In this document: piece after piece, positions 59,529 to 64,000 of the stretch
Layout of the letters: each line of letters starts with the position of its first letter
Numbering within the stretch: the first letter of the stretch is position 1
Assembly (NCBI GenBank): GCA_963801445.1
Contig: CAWDEW010000013.1
Location: forward strand, 44,927-108,926
Length of the DNA: 64,000 bases
Source: an uncultured Chloroflexia bacterium
Lineage (GTDB): Bacteria; Chloroflexota; Limnocylindria; Limnocylindrales; CSP1-4
Direction: 5' to 3'
Program-made: the position numbers and the translations under genes
Notes under the pieces: generated by a model
Seen by the model: the letters and a program-made list of their open reading frames with translations, nothing else
What the model was told of the DNA's origin: nothing
The model's database searches: none

Positions 59529-60524
59529 GTGAAGAAGTTCCTGAACGACCCGAAGCAGTTCGTCCCCGAGTTCCTGGAGGGAATCCAGCTCGCCAGCGAC
59601 GGGGCCCTCAAGTACGAGCCCAAGTACAACCTCATCTACCGCGCGGACATGCCCCGGGACGACAAGGTCTCGATCATCCAGGGCTCGGGTTCCGGCCACG
59701 AGCCCGCCCACACGATGATCGTGGGCAAGGGGATGCTCGACGCCGCCTGCCCGGGCGACGTGTTCGCCGGCCCGCCGGTCGAGTTCGTCGTCGAGACCTC
59801 CAAGCTGATGAACTCGGCCAAGGGCATCCTCCACATCGTCAACAACTACACCGGCGACAAGGCCGCCTTCGAGATGGGGCGCGAGCTCTGCGAGGCCGAG
59901 GGCCTGCGGATCGAGACCCTCCTCGTGAACGACGACGTGGCCGTCAAGGACTCCACCTGGACGGTCGGCCGCCGTGGCGTCGCCGGCAACTTCTTCGTCA
60001 TCAAGGCCGTCGGCGCGGCGTCCGAGAACGGCGCCGACCTCGACGAGCTGGTGCGCATCGGGAACAAGGTCATCGGCCAGGTCCGGACGATGGGCATCGC
60101 CCTGAGCTCGTGCACGCCGCCGACCCGGGGCACGCCCCTCTTCGAGATCGCCGACGACGAGATGGAGGTCGGGATCGGCATCCACGGCGAGCCGGGCCGC
60201 CAGCGAACCAAGCTCGTCGGCGCCAACGAGATCGTCGACATCCTGCTCAACGCGATCGTTCCCGACCTTCCGTTCGTCGCCGGGGACGAGGTCGCACTCA
60301 TGGTCAACGGCCTGGGCGGGACCCCGATCACGGAGCTGTACCTGCTCTACGGGATCGCCCACAAGAAGCTGGCCGCAAAGGGCATCAAGGTCTTCCGCAG
60401 CTACGTCGGTGAGTACTGCACGTCGCTCGAGATGGCCGGTGCCCACCTCTCGCTGCTCAAGGTGGACGACGAGCTCAAGAAGCTCCTCCTCGCCCCGGCG
60501 GAGATCGCCTATCGCGTCTTCTAG
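59529..60524 (+). CDS. dhaK: dihydroxyacetone kinase subunit K (Dha-binding)
   Basis: IIQGSGSGHEPAH with the substrate-binding His, plus NNYTGD motifs. Confidence 0.85.
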   Translation: MKKFLNDPKQFVPEFLEGIQLASDGALKYEPKYNLIYRADMPRDDKVSIIQGSGSGHEPAHTMIVGKGMLDAACPGDVFAGPPVEFVVETSKLMNSAKGILHIVNNYTGDKAAFEMGRELCEAEGLRIETLLVNDDVAVKDSTWTVGRRGVAGNFFVIKAVGAASENGADLDELVRIGNKVIGQVRTMGIALSSCTPPTRGTPLFEIADDEMEVGIGIHGEPGRQRTKLVGANEIVDILLNAIVPDLPFVAGDEVALMVNGLGGTPITELYLLYGIAHKKLAAKGIKVFRSYVGEYCTSLEMAGAHLSLLKVDDELKKLLLAPAEIAYRVF

Positions 60525-60626
60525 CCCCGGCAATCTCCGGCCCGGTGGCGGTTCCGCGTACCTGCCACCGGGCCCTTCCGTTCGTTCGGGGCGGGGGCCG
60601 GGTGGTGCCTGCGCGCCGCCCGGCTC

Positions 60627-61289
60627 TCAGGCGACCGTGAGAACCGTCAGGACCGTGGCCGCGCCGACGATCGTGCACGCGACGAACAGCGAGATCCAGC
60701 CGGCGCGACCCTCGCGGGCCACCGCCGCGAGACCGGTCAGCACCCCGGCGAGGGCCAGGAACGAGAGGCCCAGCACGGCCCGGAGCTGGCGCGAGCCGGC
60801 GTCGTTCGACTCGTCGACCAGCTGGCCCTGGCGGGCCACCTCGGCCTGGAGGTCCCCGGCCACGGCCTTCACGAGGCTCGCCGCGTACGCGTCGAGGGGG
60901 GCGCCGCCGCTGGTCGCCGCGGTCGCGCTGAGCGCGGCAGCGAGCTTCTCGGACGCGGCCTGTTGCGCCGTCCCGATCGCGAAGGCAGCCGTGTCCGAGA
61001 GCTGGGCCGCCGAGATCATCCGGCTGAGGCCCTCCATCCCCAGCACGAGCGCCTCCTGCTGCGCCCGGAGGGCCGAATCCGTTGCGAGCGCGTTCGCCGA
61101 CACCCGGGCCGAGACGTCCGCCGCGAGGCGGGCCGACTCCACCTGGGCCCGGGTGGACGTGTTGCCGTAGTCCGTCTGGAGGATCGCCAGGACGGCCGCG
61201 AGGATGGCGATCAGGCCGACCAGCGTGGTGGCGACCCGGTCGAAGCGGGCCTCGCTGCGCCAGCGAGCGGCGGCGTCCGGCTCGATCAT
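60627..61289 (-). CDS. hypothetical membrane protein (N-terminal TM, Ala/Gln-rich helical region, C-terminal TM pair)
   Basis: Starts MIEPDAAARW.. (M49 of the ORF). Shares its architecture with the gene immediately upstream. Confidence 0.45.
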   Translation of the reverse strand: MIEPDAAARWRSEARFDRVATTLVGLIAILAAVLAILQTDYGNTSTRAQVESARLAADVSARVSANALATDSALRAQQEALVLGMEGLSRMISAAQLSDTAAFAIGTAQQAASEKLAAALSATAATSGGAPLDAYAASLVKAVAGDLQAEVARQGQLVDESNDAGSRQLRAVLGLSFLALAGVLTGLAAVAREGRAGWISLFVACTIVGAATVLTVLTVA

Positions 61290-61329
61290 GCCCCGACCTC
61301 CCCGCTGGATCGCGTGCGGGCGCGGCGGC

Positions 61330-62113
61330 TCACCCGAGGAGCTCCGCGCCGACAGCCACGGCGGCTCCGGCCGCCAGCGCCAGCGACCCCAGCGCCAGGA
61401 GCAGCCGGCGGCGACGGATGAGCGGTTGGGCAAGGGCGCCCAGGAGCACGGCGATGCTGACCGGCATCACCGCCAGGGTCGAATGCAGGGCGTGCAACGC
61501 GAGGCGATCCCCCGTCGCCCACGCGGCGTCGGGGTCGAGGGCCACGATGTCGGGCGGCCTTCCCCGTCAGGTCGGCGAGCCGTTTCCCGAGGTCGAGGCC
61601 GCCGGACGGCAGCGCGTACAGGGCTCCGGTCGCCAGGTCGGAGCTGGGCTCGATCGCGGTGAGGAGCCCCGACTGGACGCCCACCTCGAAGGTGAGCGCC
61701 TGCGCGGTCGACCCACCGGCGGCCGCGGCCGACTGCAGCTCCGCGACCAGGAGTCGCGACTGGAGGATCCGGATCGCGATCGGGAGCTCGGACTGGTAGA
61801 GGTAGCGGATGTCCTCGATCGCGCTCGCGGAACGCTTGACCTCGGTCCGGAGGGCGGACTGCCACGCATCGCCCGCGTCGCTCGAGAGGGCCGACGCCCG
61901 CGCGCCCACGATCGCCGCGAGGATCGCCGCCGTCCCCAGGAGCAGGGCCACCCCGCGGTGACCGTGCCCCTCCCCGGCGACCGCGGCAGGAGCGGCGTCG
62001 GCCGCCGCGTGCACGGCGTCGGCCGCCGCGTGCACGGCGCCGGCCGGGGCGGCGGGCGCGGCGCCCCGGCCCGGCAAGGCGCCACCCGGCGGCAGCTCGT
62101 TCGACTGGTCCAT
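61330..62113 (-). pseudogene. paralogous hypothetical membrane protein with the same TM-helical-TM architecture, +1 frameshift at about 61550
   Basis: The N-part (..[31 protein letters not shown]) is in ORF 61286..62113. The C-part (IVALDPDAAWATGDRLALHALHSTLAVMPVSIAVLLGALAQP...) is in ORF 61330..61545. Confidence 0.4.
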
Positions 62114-62247
62114 CCCCTCTCCTCGCGCGGCGCATCGGCGCCCTCCGTTCGTCGGAGTATGCCGGACAGCGCCCGGGCCATGGAAGGGCGATGCCCGCGT
62201 CCGCGACCGTCGCCCGGACGCATCCGGGCTGGGCGTATCCTCCCGCG

Positions 62248-63696
62248 GTGGACCGCTGGAAGACGATCATCGAGCCGTTCCGGATTCACTCCGTCGAGCC
62301 GATCCGGATGACCACCCGGGCGGAGCGCCTGGCGGCGATCGAGGCAGCCGGTTGGAACCTCTTCAACCTCCACGCCGACGACGTCCTCGTCGACCTCCTG
62401 ACGGACTCCGGCACCGGCGCGATGAGCCGCGACCAGTGGGCCGCGATCCAGCACGGCGACGAGAGCTACGCGGGCAGCCCCAGCTGGTTCGTCTTCCTGG
62501 AGGCCGTGCAGGACCTCTTCCCCTTCCGCCACGTCATCCCGACCCACCAGGGCCGGGCCGCCGAGAAGATCCTCTTCTCGGTGATCGGGGGCGCCGGGCA
62601 AGGCGATCCCCAACAACACCCACTTCGACACGACCCGGGCGAACGTCGAGGCGACCGGCGCCGAGGCGGTGGACCTGGTCATCGAGGAGGGCCGCCACCC
62701 CGAGGTCGAGCACCCGTTCAAGGGCAACATGGACCTCGCCCGGCTCGAGGCGTTCCTCGCCGAGCGCGGCGCGGCCGTGCCAGTCGTCTTCGTCACGATC
62801 ACCAACAACTCGGGCGGAGGCCAGCCGGTCAGCCTGGCGAACCTGCGCGGCGTGCGGGCGCTGTGCGACCGGTTCGGGGTGCCGCTCTTCCTCGACGGCT
62901 GCCGGTTCGCCGAGAACGCCTGGTTCATCAAGGTGCGCGAGCCCGGCCAGGCCGATCGACCGGTGGTCGAGATCGTGCGCGAGGTCGGGAGCCTGGCCGA
63001 CGGGATGACCATGTCAGCCAAGAAGGACGGGCTGCGCCAACATCGGCGGCTGGCTGGCCATGAACGACGATCGCCTCGCCGAGCAGTGCCGCAACCTCCT
63101 GATCCTGACCGAGGGCTTCCCGACCTACGGGGGGCTCGCGGGCCGCGACCTCGAGGCGATCGCCCAGGGCCTGCGCGAAGTGGTCCACGAGGATTACCTG
63201 CACTACCGGATCCGGAGCACGGCCTACCTCGGGGACGCGCTCTCCGCCGATGGGATCCCGGTTGTGCGGCCGATCGGCGGGCACGCGGTCTACCTCGACG
63301 CCCGCGCGACTGCTGCCCCACATCCCGCCCCTCGAGTACCCGGGCCAGGCCCTGGCCGTCGCGCTCTACGTGGAGGGCGGCATCCGGGGCTGCGAGATCG
63401 GGACCGTGATGTTCGGCCGCCACCCGGACGGGACCGAGACGCCCGCCGCCATGGACCTCGTCCGCCTGGCCATCCCCCGCCGGACCTACACCCAGAGCCA
63501 CGTGGACTACGTGATCGAGGTGATCCGCTTCGTCGCGGCGGGCGCGGCCGGCCTGCACGGCTACCGGATCGTCGACGAGCCGCCCGCGCTGCGGCACTTC
63601 ACGGCCCGTTTCGAGCCTCTCCGGGCGAGCGGCCCCGGGAGCGCGCCCCGGAAGGTGACTCGGAACGTCCGGGGAGCGCCGGCAGGGCGGCCGTAG
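62248..63696 (+). pseudogene. tryptophanase / tyrosine phenol-lyase family (beta-eliminating lyase) gene with three +1 frameshifts
   Basis: Four colinear frame segments together reconstruct a full approximately 480-aa TnaA/TPL-like protein. They are (V)[44 protein letters not shown]; [52 protein letters not shown]; [37 protein letters not shown]; and [46 protein letters not shown]. The frame switches are at about 62613, 63025 and 63312. Confidence 0.75.
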
Positions 63697-64000
63697 AGCC
63701 AGCGACCCGAGCCCCGACCGGACCGGCGACTGGATCAAGGGTGGCGGCCCGCCCCGGGGTGCCCGCGAAGAGCGCGAGGATTCCGATCGAGAGCGCGAGC
63801 GCGAGCGCGGCCGATGCGCGGCCGCCAGAATCCCCGGGTCGAGCCATGACCCCGGCAGGTTCGCAGGGCGCGAGGTTGGCCGGAAGGGGGAGAACCCGGG
63901 TCGCGGGACGGTACGTTCGGCCGGTGCGCGGACGCCCCTCCCCGGCGGCCGGGCATCCGGCGCCCGCCGGGCGTACCCTCGCGCCGTGACGACCTGGCGC

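Noticed and set aside
63599-63847. Minus-strand 82-aa ORF with a signal-peptide-like N-terminus at the window end
   Set aside because: It overlaps the 3' end of the tnaA-like gene on the opposite strand, has high-GC bias and no SD. Likely spurious.
1-64000. CRISPR arrays, rRNA/tRNA genes, IS elements, integrases or toxin-antitoxin pairs
   Set aside because: No direct-repeat arrays, no transposase/integrase-like ORFs, and no structured RNA-like conserved blocks were seen in the intergenic gaps. All gaps are short, and the long ones (5006..5542, 27807..28276, 48857..49188) show only promoter-like or AT-rich patches.

Overview
This 64-kb window comes from a very high-GC (~72%) bacterial chromosome. 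The gene content is actinobacterial in style: an lhr-nei helicase/glycosylase pair, a GT87/DUF2029 membrane glycosyltransferase, a DUF5666 repeat protein next to a PDZ-less HtrA, type III pantothenate kinase, an H+-pyrophosphatase and a SorC regulator. The window is gene-dense (about 60 CDS), mostly housekeeping and metabolism. Recognisable blocks include serS-lysK (archaeal-type class I LysRS), greA, mgsA, argR, uppP, hppA, lepB, ndk with an M16 peptidase, a translationally coupled coaX-coaBC-panB-panC operon, gdhA, degV, ggt, azlCD, htrA-like, M20 peptidase, tatA, clpP-like, a thioredoxin-domain YyaL-like gene, and a SorC-regulated class II aldolase/HAD/dhaL/dhaK cluster. No rRNA, tRNA, CRISPR or transposase genes were found. 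The most unusual elements are these. First, a stand-alone homologue of only the C-terminal Mur-ligase half of cyanophycin synthetase (no ATP-grasp domain), with its own leaderless-type promoter and an adjacent M20 peptidase. Second, a small-ORF/DUF2089/DUF4097/SHOCT-like/MFS envelope-type cluster driven from a conspicuous AT-rich promoter island. Third, a degenerate NuoN/MnhD-like antiporter-type pair after lepB. Fourth, eight single-base frameshifts, all +1 insertions, affecting six otherwise intact genes (NCS2 permease, ggt, azlC, cphA-like, a membrane paralogue, and three in a tnaA-like gene); these are either systematic indel errors in the assembly or real pseudogenes. Many long ORFs in the supplied six-frame track are high-GC frame artefacts overlapping real genes and are not annotated. 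Internal start coordinates were derived by offsetting from the ORF-track ends; coordinates read directly from the sequence lines may be off by 1-2 nt.
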